NCBI RefSeq assembly: GCF_001194135.2
Contig: NC_068986.1
Coordinates: 24,810,748 to 24,848,010 of the forward strand
Source: Octopus bimaculoides
Taxonomy: Eukaryota
DNA length: 37,263 bases
Reading direction: 5' to 3'
Every line of letters begins with the position of its first letter. The first letter of the stretch is position 1. The notes beneath the pieces were generated by a model. It worked only from the letters and a program-made list of their open reading frames with translations, ran no database searches and was not told the origin of the DNA. The translations under genes were made by a program, and so were the position numbers. Of the stretch, positions 1-10,396 are shown in pieces.

Positions 1-183
1 TATATATATATATATGTAGGTAGGTATATACGCATATATGTATATGTGTGTATGTTTGCATGTATGCATATATGTACATGTATGCATATATATATGTTTA
101 CATATATACGTATATGTTTATATATATACATATGTACACACAAACGCATGCACATGTATAAGTGCATGCATATGCGTATACTA

Positions 184-520
184 GCGTGACTGTGTGTAAG
201 TTCGCTTCCCAACCACATATTTCCGGGTTCAGTCCCACTGCTTGGCACGTTGAGCAAGTGTCTTCTACAATAGCTTCGAGCCGAGAAAAGCCTTGCGACT
301 GGATTTGGTAGAATGAAGCCCGATGTATACATGGGTGTATGTGTTTGTGTATGTGTGTGCATGTGCGTCTATCCTCCACAACCACTTAACAATCAGCCAA
401 AAAGTGACGTGACCAACTGAATAAGTACCAGACTTGAAATATAAGTACTGGGGGCGATTTATTCAACTAAACCCTTGGAGGAGATGCCCAGGTATGGCTA
501 CAGTCCCAAAAAACTGAAAC
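184..520 (+). mobile_element. tRNA-derived SINE, octopus-type family A
   Basis: Head with B-box-like GGGTTCAGTCCCAC, body GCAAGTGTCTTCTAC...GGATTTGGTAGA, internal (TG/TA)n, and 3' part AATAAGTAC...GATTTATTCAACTAAACCCTT. The same blocks recur at 2855, 10209, 15370, 24178 and 25615. Confidence 0.8.
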
Positions 521-521
521 A

Positions 522-970
522 CTAAAACACTTTCTGGACCTTTGACCTGACCTCAAGCCTGACACCTCCACACTTCTTCGTTTTGCCGAACTTGTTCTCT
601 CCCTCAACTGTTTCTCGTTCGCGAGGGATTTTTACCAAGAGTTTGCGTGAGTGGCCATGGGAACGAGAATAGGCCCCAAATATCCGAACCTGTTCGTTGG
701 CTACGTTGAGGCCCAAATATTCTCGCAATTCACTGGTCCCACTCCCGAGCTATACGGTCGTTATATCGATGACTGTATCGGTGCGACCTCACTCTCCCGC
801 GAACAACTAGACTCCTTCCTCGCTTTTGTCAAATCCTTCCAGGAGCCCTCAAATTTTCCGGCACTATCTCTAACTCTCCGTCGAATTCCTTGACATATCT
901 GCCAGAATACACCACTCCGCTCTCACTACCTCCATCCACTACAAACACACTGACTCACACGCCCATTGGT
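522..970 (+). mobile_element. Penelope-like element (PLE) reverse transcriptase fragment, pseudogenised
   Basis: The frame from 522 reads LKHFLDL*PDLKPDTSTLLRFAELVLSLNCFSFARDFYQEFA*VAMGTRIGPKYPNLFVGYVEAQIFSQFTGPTPELYGRYIDDCIG. After frameshifts it continues ALKFSGTIS and FLDISARIHHSALTTSIHYKHTDSH. The AMGT..GP.Y.NLF, RYIDD, FLDI and (Y)K.TDSH motifs are typical of PLE RT/thumb. Two in-frame stops. Confidence 0.88.
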
Positions 971-971
971 G

Positions 972-1060
972 AGAAACACCCTGGAGAGGGACAAGTGGAG
1001 GGCAATCATCCAAGGATTGTGCCGATGGTGAGTCCAAGGGCCTGGGTGAATGATATGTAT
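972..1060 (+). mobile_element. 3' tip of an RTE-like LINE
   Basis: Reads RNTLERDKWRAIIQGLCRW*, matching the RTE C-terminal DR..WR..V..LC motif, followed by a short UTR and a microsatellite tail. Confidence 0.45.
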
Positions 1061-1385
1061 GTGTGTGCGTGTATGTGTATTATGTATGCATTTATATATA
1101 GGGGAAATTAAAATATGATCGCTGTCCCCTACATATGCTCTGTATACCATAACTAGTATTACAACCAAGTACAATGGCTGACTAATCTCTATACTGGAAG
1201 CGGACAGGATAAGTATAATCTACGTAGAGCTCTAACTCATACAGTAGTATTCATACATCCAACTGTTCATACAGGATATATATGTATATGTATATGTATA
1301 TAGCTATGCATATGGAGGCGCGCGCACACAAACAGTACACAAACACACACACACACAAACACACACCACCACCTATACATATACA

Positions 1386-1595
1386 TGCTGAGAAGTTTCT
1401 GGCCTTAAATGTATCGCGAAAGACCTGGCTGGTGCACCAAACTTCCGAGTTCTTTTACAGAACTTAGAAATACTGAAGACCCGCTGTAATACTTGTGTGA
1501 ATCTGAGAGGGGAATATATTGAATAGAATCGTAATTAACTGATCCTCCTCTATTTTATTTTTTCCTAAGGAGAGGAACTTTTCAGCACCACCTCG
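1386..1595 (+). mobile_element. Non-autonomous mariner derivative (MITE-like)
   Basis: Left TIR remnant TGCTGAGAAGTT; right TIR AACTTTTCAGCACCACCTCG followed by TA (1596-1597). The internal frame LEILKTRCNTCVNLRGEYIE* matches the mariner C-terminus (RW.KC..L.G.YVE). Confidence 0.75.
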
Positions 1596-2574
1596 TACAC
1601 GTGTGTATGTCTACACGCGTGCGTTTTGCATCACATAATAGTTATATTCTAAGTACAGATATATATGCTACAGCTCACTCTCATACATTCAACAAATTTT
1701 ATATCATATAAAGAAAAACCTTTAAAATAACAAAATTTCTCTTTGTCGCTAGCACCGTTTATCATTTTTTTTTTTACCTTTTCTTTTCGTTTTTTTACTT
1801 TACTTCGACAAATAGGTGTTAGATGAACTATTTGATACAAATAGATACAATTTCATACAAAATTAATTATATTTATTTTGTGATAAACGGTTTAATGATA
1901 AAGAGTTGAATAAATTTCATTATATCTTTTGTATTATTCAAAAGTTTCTAGTGATTATATTATATTTGTTTTACTTTAATATAAATATTTTCAGAAATGT
2001 AAATATGACTACCAGACCGAGTCAATATAGAATTATAAGTCTTTATAATGTTACTATATAACATTAACACAATTTATTTTTTTATTGGGGCCATTGTTAC
2101 TAATTGACTTTATATTATTGTATTATAAGAGGTATGGCTTCTGGGATATGAGATTAAGCCAAGAGCCACCATAACGAGTCAATATAGACATACACCGTAA
2201 TTATAAACCATAATGTTAAAATATTAATTTCTAACATTGACACAAGTTCTAAAATTTGAAATATAAGGCGACCTTGTAAGGGTGAGAAGGCAAAAGATCC
2301 TGACCTCAGTGGTATTTGAACTCAGTATGCTAACGTTTATAATTTATGGAGTAAATGTGATATCTAATATACACGTAAGATCTTAGTGTGGAGTGTGACC
2401 GTGAGTATAAATGATTAAAGGATAAGAATATTTGACTGATACTTAACTTTATCGACCTTGAAAGGATGAAGGGTGACGTCAACCCGAGGAAACATTTGCC
2501 AAATGTGCGGTAGACGGGAATCGAACACGAAACCAGGTTGCTGTAGCTTCAAAGTGAACTGCTTATCCGGTTAC

Positions 2575-2698
2575 TATATGAGATTATTTCTGCTGTTATT
2601 CTCGAGAAAATTTCGTCAACGCTGGTGAACTGGTGGTACGGTTTCTCAACTTGCTCAACTAAACTTCTTTCCAGAGTATTCAGCAGCTTGTGCAAATA
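2575..2698 (-). mobile_element. Degraded non-LTR RT fragment (RT domain 2 region)
   Basis: Reads YLHKLLNTLERSLVEQVEKPYHQFTSVDEIFSRITAEIISY, resembling the RTE RT pattern NRLE..L.EQ...FST.DHIF. Lies between SINE remnants. Confidence 0.4.
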
Positions 2699-2699
2699 C

Positions 2700-2830
2700 T
2701 GGTTTCGAATTGTGACAGAAGGCCAGCAATTTTGAAGGACTCGAACTCAAGTCGGACTCGAACTCAAAACATAAACTCGAAAGAAATGCTGCTAAACATT
2801 TTGTCTAGAGCGAACGATTCTGCCATCTTT
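2700..2830 (-). mobile_element. SINE family B, degraded
   Basis: Reverse complement contains GGCAGAATCGTT, GAGTTCGAGTCC and AAATTGCTGGCCTTCTG...TCGAAACC. Confidence 0.55.
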
Positions 2831-2854
2831 CCGGTTTAGCTTGTGTGAATTCTT

Positions 2855-3275
2855 TTATTCTTTCACTTGTTCCAGTCATTTGACTGCGGCCATGCTGGAG
2901 CACCGCCTTGAAGGGTTTTAGTCAAAGAAATCGACCCCAGGATTTCTTCTTTGTAAGCCTAGTACTTATTTTATCGGGGTCTTTTGCTGAACTGCTAAGT
3001 TACGGTGACGTAAACACACCAACATCGGTTGTCAACCGATGGTAAGGGGACAAACGCATACACGATGACACACACACATAAACACACACACATAAACACA
3101 TACACACGCACATATATATATATATATATATACGACGGGCTTCTCTTCAGTTTCTGTCTCCAAAATCTACTCACAAGGTTTTGGTCGGCCCGACGCTAAA
3201 AAAGGAGACATCTGCTCAAGGTTCCACGCAGTGGGACTGAACTCTATACTATGTGACTGCGAAGCAAAGTAAACC
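2855..3275 (-). mobile_element. SINE family A, near full length
   Basis: Contains GACTGCGGCCATGCTGGAGCACCGCCTTGAAGGG, an internal (CA)/(TA) tract, GACGGGCTTCT and CACGCAGTGGGACTGAAC. Antisense to the copies at 184 and 10209. Confidence 0.85.
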
Positions 3276-3328
3276 TTAAAACATTTGTCATAAATTTAAA
3301 GATAGCATTTTCATTACAATATTCACTT

Positions 3329-3712
3329 AAGGTCGATAAATAAGTACGAGTTGAACTCTGAGGTCAATGTAATTGACTTATCCCCTCCCCAAAATTTCTG
3401 GCCTTGTGCCAAAATTTGAAACCGTTATCATGATTATACCCCGGTTTTAAGGCAACGAGCTGGCGGAATCGTTAGCACGCTGGGCGAAATGTCAAACGGT
3501 ACTTCATCTGTCTTTACGTTCTGAGTTCAAATTCCGCCGAGGTTGGCTTTGCCTTTTATCCTTTCAGGGTCGATAAATTAAGTATCAGGTGCGTACTGGG
3601 TTGATCTAATCGACTGGCTCCCTCCCCCAAAATTTGGAGCTTTGTGTCTAGAGTAGAAAAGATTATTATACGCAGAATCTTTAGCACGCCGGGCGAAATG
3701 CTTAGCGGAGTT
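3329..3712 (+). mobile_element. SINE family B cluster: 3' half (3329-3428), full copy (3449-3668) and a further head (3673-3712)
   Basis: AAGGCAACGAGCTGGCGGAATCGTTAGCACG...GTTCTGAGTTCAAATTCCGCCGAGG (B-box-like)...GTCGATAAATTAAGTA...CCAAAATTT...GAGTAGAAAAGATTATT. Confidence 0.85.
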
Positions 3713-4048
3713 ATTGCATGAGTTTGTGTTGAAATATTTATCGAATTGTTGCCATTGTTATTTGATTTGAATCGTTGTTGGAACTGTTGCCGTTGTTAAT
3801 TTGTTAACTGGGTTTTTTTTTCCCCCATTGTGAGAAAATGGAGAAGATGCGGGAGGGAGGCCCAAGTTATGCGGCCGCAACGAGCAGAGGAGTAGACGTG
3901 CAAGAGTTGGAGGTCCGCGAGATAAATGTGAAGCCTGGAAGGATGAAAGAGAGTGAAAGATTAATCACTAAGGAAGGTAATATTCTGAAGCTAACGGCAC
4001 CTGAAGAATTATCGGCCAACGTGTTAAAAAGAACCGTAACATTTAAAA
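3713..4048 (+). mobile_element. 5' UTR and ORF1 N-terminus of a LINE (Tx1/L1-like), 3'-truncated
   Basis: A GT-rich leader precedes an ATG at 3838: MEKMREGGPSYAAATSRGVDVQELEVREINVKPGRMKESERLITKEGNILKLTAPEELSANVLKRTVTFKT. The SYAAA motif is common at the N-terminus of LINE ORF1/gag proteins. The last codons run into SINE sequence. The clade call is an inference. Confidence 0.55.
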
Positions 4049-4350
4049 CTAAGTTCCGTTGAAGTCGACTTTGCATTTCATCATTTCGGAGTCGATAAAT
4101 TAAGTACCAGTTGAGTACTAGGATCGATCTAATCGACTTAATCCCTCCTCCCAAAATTTCAGGCCTTGTACCTAGAGTAGAAATGCTTAGCGATATTTCG
4201 CCTGTCTCTACGTTCTGAGTTCAAATTCCGCCGAGGTCGACTTTGCCTTTCATCTGTTCTGGGTTGATAAATTAAGTATCAGTTGCAATCTAATCGACTG
4301 GCTCCCTCTCAAAAATTTCGAGCCTTGTGCTTAGAGTTGAAAGGATTATT
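4049..4350 (+). mobile_element. SINE family B, two tandem partial copies
   Basis: GTCGACTTTGC..TTCATC...GTCGATAAATTAAGTA...AATTTC.GGCCTTGT occurs twice (4049-4183 and 4181-4350). Confidence 0.85.
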
Positions 4351-4961
4351 ATTATTACCATTCGCTGCTGACCAAGGTGGACATGTTTGTGACTCACTCA
4401 CTCCTTGTAGCGAACGATTTACAGCATGGAATCGTGTTCTAATTAACTAACTTGCACATAGAAAGCTTTGGAAAGATTTTGTTTTTTAGTTTTTTTACTT
4501 TTTGTCTTTTTTTTTCTTTAGGTAAATTTTATTTCTTGATCACGTTATCTACATACAGAAAAATGGCTATGAAAATTCAAGCAGCTCTTCCTCCTCCCAA
4601 CCTCCAAAAGAAATTTGACAGTGAGCAAAGTAACACCGATTACAATCAGAGAAACTAAAAAAATGTAGTTTAATTGCACAACAAAATACTAATGTTGAAT
4701 GCGTAACGGAAATACTGTTTTAACAACCAAAGATGTCAGTTTCAATACTGTTTATGGAGATAAAATGTTGTCAACAAGAACGGCACTGACAATTACATAT
4801 ATACTTTGTCAAGCAAAGATACTTCCTCTATTATGCATAGTTATTTTGATAACAAACTAAGCAGCATGGAATAAATGAATATGAAAGTGGTATTATGATA
4901 GAGAAAAGTGCGTTTCTCAGAAAATTATAACTAGATACAGGGGCGATCAAATTACGAACAC

Positions 4962-5800
4962 TATCTGCCAGGGTCTCTTAAAAAGTTGTGGTGGGACTTA
5001 AATGTCTTAAAACAACAGCTGAGTGAAAGAATGTCAGATGTACTAATGTGCCCTGAAAGTCAGAGGCTCAGCTCGGAGCTGTATCTTGAACAGAGACAAT
5101 AACGGAACTACTTCGTCGTTTTTGAGACCGGACACAAAACCCCAGAATTGAGAGAGCTGTTGAGACACACGCTCATCAATAAACTTGACCCCAGAATATG
5201 GGACAGAGAAATAGAAGGCTGGTGGTCAGCAATGTGCTGATCCCTTGGCTTATTGCCACATCTATATCACAATTTGAGTAGCTGTAAAGCGCAGGGAATA
5301 AAAGAGTTATTATGTCATCAGGAGGAGTCAGAATAGATAAGAAGTCCTAAAGACCTCTGAAAAACCACAGAGCTGGATCAGTATTGAGCCCTCTCCGAAC
5401 AGAAACGAAGAGCATAAGATTCCTGCTAGAGGGCATAAAGACTAAATGCTACACTTTTTTTTTTTCAAGAGTCTTATAAGGGCCTTCCGCTGTGAAGACA
5501 TGCGGAAATTGAAAAGAAAGGTAGTGAAGACCAACAGAGGCAGTAACAGGTGCAGCAGACCCCAGTCTCCAGTAAACAACGGTCCACAGTTCTGCAGATG
5601 GCTGAAGAGATTATATTGTCTCCGATCTCGGAAACCAGTGACCAGATACTCCAAATCTCTACCATTACCAGGAACGTAATCCCATACTCTTGTCACGAGA
5701 ATAGGAGATAAAGGAAAACTGAACATTATGTTGCAGAAAGCCTGGTGGCCGAAAAGTGGATGTCTCCATAACAGAAAACACGAGAAATTGTATCCACCAC
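4962..5800 (+). pseudogene. Decayed coding relic, probably retroelement, family unassigned
   Basis: Purine-rich island with higher GC. One frame runs about 125 codons with only 2 stops (YLPGSLKKLWWDLNVLKQQLSERM...RQ*RNYFVVFETGHKTPELRELLRHTLINKLDPRIWDREIEGWWSAMC*SLG...). No diagnostic motif recognised. Confidence 0.3.
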
Positions 5801-5804
5801 AGGG

Positions 5805-5840
5805 ACAGATTTGGTAGAGGGAAACTGGAAGAAGCCTGTC

Positions 5841-5885
<45 letters not shown>

Positions 5886-6030
5886 TATATGTCTTTGTTT
5901 GTCTTCTCCGTCAACGCTTGACAATAGGTGTTGGTGTGTTTATGTCCTCGTACCTTAGAGGTACGACAAACAATATCGACTAAATAAATACCAGGTTTAT
6001 AAAAGTACTGGGGTGGATTCGTTCGATTAA
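5805..6030 (+). mobile_element. SINE family A, central and 3' part with expanded (TA)n, running into a gap
   Basis: GATTTGGTAGAGGGAAACTGGAAGAAGCCTGTCGTATATA...CGCTTGACAATAGGTGTTGGTGTGTTTATGTC...AAAAGTACTGGGGTGGATTCGTTCGATTAA. Confidence 0.75.
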
Positions 6031-6390
6031 NNNNNNNNNNNNNNNNNNNNNNNNNNNNNNNNNNNNNNNNNNNNNNNNNNNNNNNNNNNNNNNNNNNNNN
6101 NNNNNNNNNNNNNNNNNNNNNNNNNNNNNNNNNNNNNNNNNNNNNNNNNNNNNNNNNNNNNNNNNNNNNNNNNNNNNNNNNNNNNNNNNNNNNNNNNNNN
6201 NNNNNNNNNNNNNNNNNNNNNNNNNNNNNNNNNNNNNNNNNNNNNNNNNNNNNNNNNNNNNNNNNNNNNNNNNNNNNNNNNNNNNNNNNNNNNNNNNNNN
6301 NNNNNNNNNNNNNNNNNNNNNNNNNNNNNNNNNNNNNNNNNNNNNNNNNNNNNNNNNNNNNNNNNNNNNNNNNNNNNNNNNNNNNNNNNN
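6031..6390. other. Assembly gap, 360 N. Other gaps: 14819-15352, 20317-20662, 21720-22290, 24370-24902, 26719-27204, 28083-28845, 29618-29717, 31927-32080
   Basis: N runs; most abut (TA)n or (CA)n tracts, as expected for a short-read assembly. Confidence 0.99.
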
Positions 6391-6483
6391 TACCATTAAG
6401 CTGTAATTAGCAGAACCATATACACGCGCACCTATGGCGGTGGGCAACTTTGTATAGGATTCTGATGATTATGGTTACATTAC

Positions 6484-6547
6484 AAATCAGGCTGAAGAGA
6501 AATAGACAGTCGGTGAGATTGTTAAATTTTGAAACCGGTCCCTGTTT
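6484..6547 (+). ncRNA. Minimal type-I hammerhead ribozyme motif with canonical core
   Basis: Stem I AAA(U)CAGG (6484-6491) / CCUGUUU (6541-6547); core CUGAAGA (6492-6498); stem II GAAAU/AUUUU plus GACAGUC/GAUUGUU; GAAA (6531-6534); palindromic stem III ACCGGU; GUC cleavage triplet ending at 6540. Confidence 0.75.
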
Positions 6548-6704
6548 AATAATGATTTTTTTCGGTCATTTTAAATGTCTTACGTTTTGGTATCCCGCTA
6601 TATTTCATGTTGAGAACAATTTAGGTCTTAATAGACACAAGATGTGATCTATTTCTAGCACATTGAATGTCCACGTTAGTGGTCAACGTTATATATAAAA
6701 ATAT

Positions 6705-6862
6705 ATAAATAGATAGATAGATAGATGTGTGTGTATGTATGTACATATATATATATGTATATATATATGTGTGTGTATATATATATGTGTATGTGTATAT
6801 ATATGTATATATGTGGGTGTGTGTGTATGTATATAAGCATATATATATATATATATATATAT
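6705..6862. repeat. Compound (GATA)/(TA)/(TG) microsatellite
   Basis: Read directly. Confidence 0.95.
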
Positions 6863-7928
6863 AGAAAACATTTGAGATCGACTTTTACTAAGTACATTCC
6901 CAACAAACCTTCCTATGATACAAACGAATGACCTTGTACTATTGAAAGAAATTGTTAATCGTTATTGCTGTTAGGATGAACATTCTTTTCAATGATTTCT
7001 TCAATTCATCGACGACTTTCAAAAAAAAAAAAATAAATAAAGCACGAAAATTTAAGTTTTAATATTTTTCACTCTATTTTTTTATTGTATTTCATTTCTT
7101 GTTCCATATAACTTTTATTGATTTAGCTCAAACTGAACAGTGTTTAGTTTTCACGAATTGTTTATTTTACCATCTAAACTTTTTTTCTTCTTCCACTTAT
7201 TTATTTTATAATTGTTTCCCTTTCCGTTCACATTGATTATTTATTCGAATGTTCGCATTTTCTTTTACTTCTTATCCTTTTCTTCTATTTCGGTTTTATT
7301 CTTATTATTTCAATTGAATGTTCTCCTTATTGATTGGAATATGTGTTTATTTACATAGTGGCATGAAAATGTGGCTATAATGATTTTTTACATTTCCTTG
7401 TAGAGTTCTAGCTTTATATTTTTTCCTTCTTATTTTAAGAAGTTGTCACTTCCTCTCTCTGTTACAGCCAAAATCACGTGGTGTGTCCTGTTGAGCTGCT
7501 CTGTATATTACTTGCAGATTAATCAGTGATTCGCAGACGCTGCTCTTAAGTAGAATAACAAAACAAACGTAACTATGTATAAGTCAGTATGCATCAAAAG
7601 AAACCTATATACGGAAACGTTGTGGTTTTACAATCAAAACTGATTAAGTAAAACGTAAGAAAAAGAATATCAATATTATCAACTGAATACTAGAGTTACA
7701 AAAAATGGTATTATCTGGATGATATTTAAACTTATCCATATTGTTGTTTATTTACTCCAATTGTTTTTTAAGCAGTTTTTCTTTATTTTTAATTTGACGG
7801 AAATCTTGTTACATTCACTTTTACATCTATTTAACTGCCACCAAAGCATCTCGTTTTTGCCCGTTCATCACATTCTCCTTTATAAAAGAAGTTCGTTCCT
7901 ATACAATTCTTCAGTGTTAGAAAAACTT

Positions 7929-8150
7929 AAGGCGGTGAGCTGGCAGAATCGTTGGCACTGCCGGGCAAGATGCTTAGCATCTTTTCCCCTGTCTTTATGT
8001 TCTGAGTTCAAATTCCGCCGAGGTCTACTTTGCTTTTCATCCCTTTCAGGGTCGATAAAATAAGTTCCAGTTGAGCACTAGGGTCGATGTAATCAACTTA
8101 CCCCCGCCCCCGCCCGAAATTGCTGGCCTTCTACCAAAATCTGAAACCAA
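7929..8150 (+). mobile_element. SINE family B, full length
   Basis: TAAGGCGGTGAGCTGGCAGAATCGTT...TTCTGAGTTCAAATTCCGCCGAGGTC...GGGTCGATAAAATAAGT...GAAATTGCTGGCCTT. Confidence 0.85.
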
Positions 8151-8609
8151 ATATTAAATTAAACTTGGAGAGTAGCTTGAAGAAACAATAGAACGCCGAA
8201 CACAATGTCATGAGATTTAATTTACATTCGTTAATGTACGGAGATCAAATCCTAACGCAATCGAATTTTGACTTTCTGGGAAAGTTGGTTAACCTTTTTC
8301 GTCGTGATACACAATATTGCAGAAATTATAACTTAACCACCTCTGCTGTTCCTGGGCTGCTTCCAAAAGCAAATGCCTAGTCCCAAGTACACTAACCACC
8401 TCTTCACTCATGAATAATTCACGAAGGAAAAACAAGTCAATACATCTGCAGTATTCACAAAACCGCAGGGGATGTGAAATATTGGTCAAGCTTAACCATA
8501 CGTATTTGCTTAAGGGAACCTCCCGCCGGATTTTCTATTGGGATTTACTTCCTTATCCTTTTCTAAATTACCCCAGGAGGCAGTAGCGGTTTATTATTGT
8601 AATGAGTAC

Positions 8610-8832
8610 GAAGGCAGCAAGCTGGCAGAACAGTTATTGCACCGGACCAAATATGCTTAGCGACATTTCCTCCGGCTTTGTTTTGAATTCAAATATCACC
8701 GAGGACGACTTTGCCTATCATCCTTTCGAGCTTGATTAAATAAATACCAGTCAAGCACAGGGGTTGAAGTAGTCGACTGGTTCCCTTCCCCTAAATTTCA
8801 GACCTTGTGCTTATCGTAGCAAGAATTATTAT
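8610..8832 (+). mobile_element. SINE family B, diverged
   Basis: GAAGGCAGCAAGCTGGCAGAA...CGAGGACGACTTTGCCTATCATCCTTTCG...AAATTTCAGACCTTGTGC...AAGAATTATTAT. A further 3' half lies at 9040-9145. Confidence 0.75.
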
Positions 8833-9033
8833 ACTGGGCATGGTTTGTTCGTGGCGAACCCCACTCTCTCGTCCTTGAAACGTGTATTGGTCTGCTGCAA
8901 TATGTGCCTCGAGCCTTATAGTTATCAGAATGCAATATTTGTATTGAGTTATCTTCTCTTAGATGAGCAGTTGAAGGGACTCATCTGCTCTCAGTCCGTT
9001 GGGGTATCTTGGAGTGGCATTATTCTCGAGGCT
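8819..9033 (+). repeat. Unassigned ~215-bp repeat, copy 1 (inverted relative to 11390-11613)
   Basis: The reverse complement shares long exact blocks with copy 2: CCAACGGACTGAGAGCAG, CTGCTCATCTAAGAGAAGA, AACTCAATACAAATA and AAGGACGAGAG. Confidence 0.85.
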
Positions 9034-9671
9034 GTTCTTTTGGGGTCGATAAATTAAGTATTAGTTGTGTACTTGGGTTGATCTCTAATCGACTTCCCCC
9101 ACTCCCCTCGAATTTCAGGCCTTGTGCCTATAGCAGAAAGAATCATTCCCCAGGCAATGGGGGGGAGTGTTGTCGATAAAATAAGCGCCAGTCAAATTAC
9201 TGAACAAGATGTCAAGGACTCTAACTTCTCACAAAATGTGCAACTATGTAACTATGCTATGTAAACTATGTTAGAAATGAATACAATAAGTATCGAATGA
9301 TAAAATTCTAAAATGGGATAGCAAAAACGCACACATAAAATTGCATCACAGAAACACTATATTAGTATAGGTATTATGTGAATTACTAATCTACTAACCT
9401 TGACCGTGAATTCATTTCAAGTAACGTTAATGGCAATCAGTAATACAAATGTATCGGTATATGTTGTAATATGAAACTGCACAATACGAGCTGCGTAACT
9501 TATTGAAACACTCAGGTAGAACCTTCCTTAAAGTAAATGTACCTGTTTACAATTGGCTAGATAGTATTTGCAGTGTCAGTAAAGAGATAGACTATATCGA
9601 TTCTTTGGCAAATAGGTCGATATTTTTTCGACTAGTCTAGCTGCAGCTTTCAAAGTAAATACTCTGTGGAT

Positions 9672-9796
9672 GTCGGAATTGGTTGAGTGATCTAAGAGGA
9701 CAGACTGAAGGCATATATGTCGTATCTTAGGCAGACTATTCGATAGTCTGATCTGGCCCACGAATTTGGGCGTGGGTTCGAGTCCCCCTTCTGACA
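9672..9796 (+). pseudogene. tRNA-Leu(CAA)-derived intron-containing tRNA pseudogene; anticodon now GAA
   Basis: Acceptor stem GTCGGAA/TTCTGAC plus discriminator A; D-loop GAGTGATCTAA; anticodon arm ACAGA-CT-GAA-G; 40-nt intron (9711-9750); long variable arm CCCA-CGAATT-TGGG; T arm GTGGG-TTCGAGT-CCCCC. Collinear with metazoan Leu-CAA (GTCAGGATGGCCGAGTGGTCTAAGGCGCCAGACTCAAG...GCGTGGGTTCGAATCCCACTTCTGACA). D-stem broken and no oligo-T terminator. Confidence 0.85.
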
Positions 9797-10208
9797 TAAA
9801 TCTCTGATGTCGGTACCTCAGTATAGCCACAACCTACTAACTGGAAATAATAAAAGAGTAAATGTTTAACCAATAATTGATTTCTTTTAGTACCAAATCA
9901 TATGTTACAAAATAATAGGTGAAGTACATCTACTTAAATATATTATCATTTGTGTTACGCCAATAGCTAACGGCATTATTCAAGAGTGAATATCTATGTG
10001 GTCGCTCGGAATACTAGACAAATTCTCCTTCAAATCACACCCTACCATCTTAGAAAATAAAGGAGACGTTAAAGAATATGATTATAGAAATATTATCAGA
10101 GAGAATAATTTCAATGGGGACGCTTTTATGGGAGTCTGCTTGATCGAACTCGACCCAGGTTTAACAAAAACTACAATATTAAGAATTTTGTTATAAATTA
10201 TCATACAC

Positions 10209-10353
10209 GCAGGCGTGGCAGTGTGGTATGAATCTTACTTCCAAACCACATGGTTCTGGGTTCAGACCCACTGCGTGGCACCTTGAGCAAGTGTCTTCTA
10301 TAGTCTCGGACCGACGTAAGCTTTTTGAGTGAATTTGGTAGACGAAAATCTCG

Positions 10354-10396
<43 letters not shown>

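Noticed and set aside
1580-1592. RE1/NRSE half-site TTCAGCACCAC
   Set aside because: It is part of the mariner TIR, the second half-site is missing, and REST is not established in molluscs.
2018-2188. 14-bp direct repeat CGAGTCAATATAGA as a target-site duplication
   Set aside because: Similarity continues patchily beyond it and the enclosed sequence has no element hallmarks; probably an old tandem duplication.
6458-6505. Possible terminal exon DSDDYGYITNQAEEK*
   Set aside because: Weak acceptor, and the sequence is better explained by the overlapping hammerhead fold.
7590-7630. GAAACGUU palindrome resembling a hammerhead 3' half
   Set aside because: No CUGANGA-like core upstream.
7719-8063. 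114-aa hydrophobic ORF
   Set aside because: Low-complexity T-rich sequence that runs into a SINE; the mirror frame has many stops; no motif.
8289-8489. 66-aa minus-strand ORF with protein-like composition
   Set aside because: No recognisable motif and no convincing splice signals.
8860-8990. Hammerhead-like CAGAUGA-GUCC...GGAC-GAGA in the inverted repeat element (minus strand)
   Set aside because: U4 and A14 are wrong, the second copy is worse, and no stem I or stem III was found.
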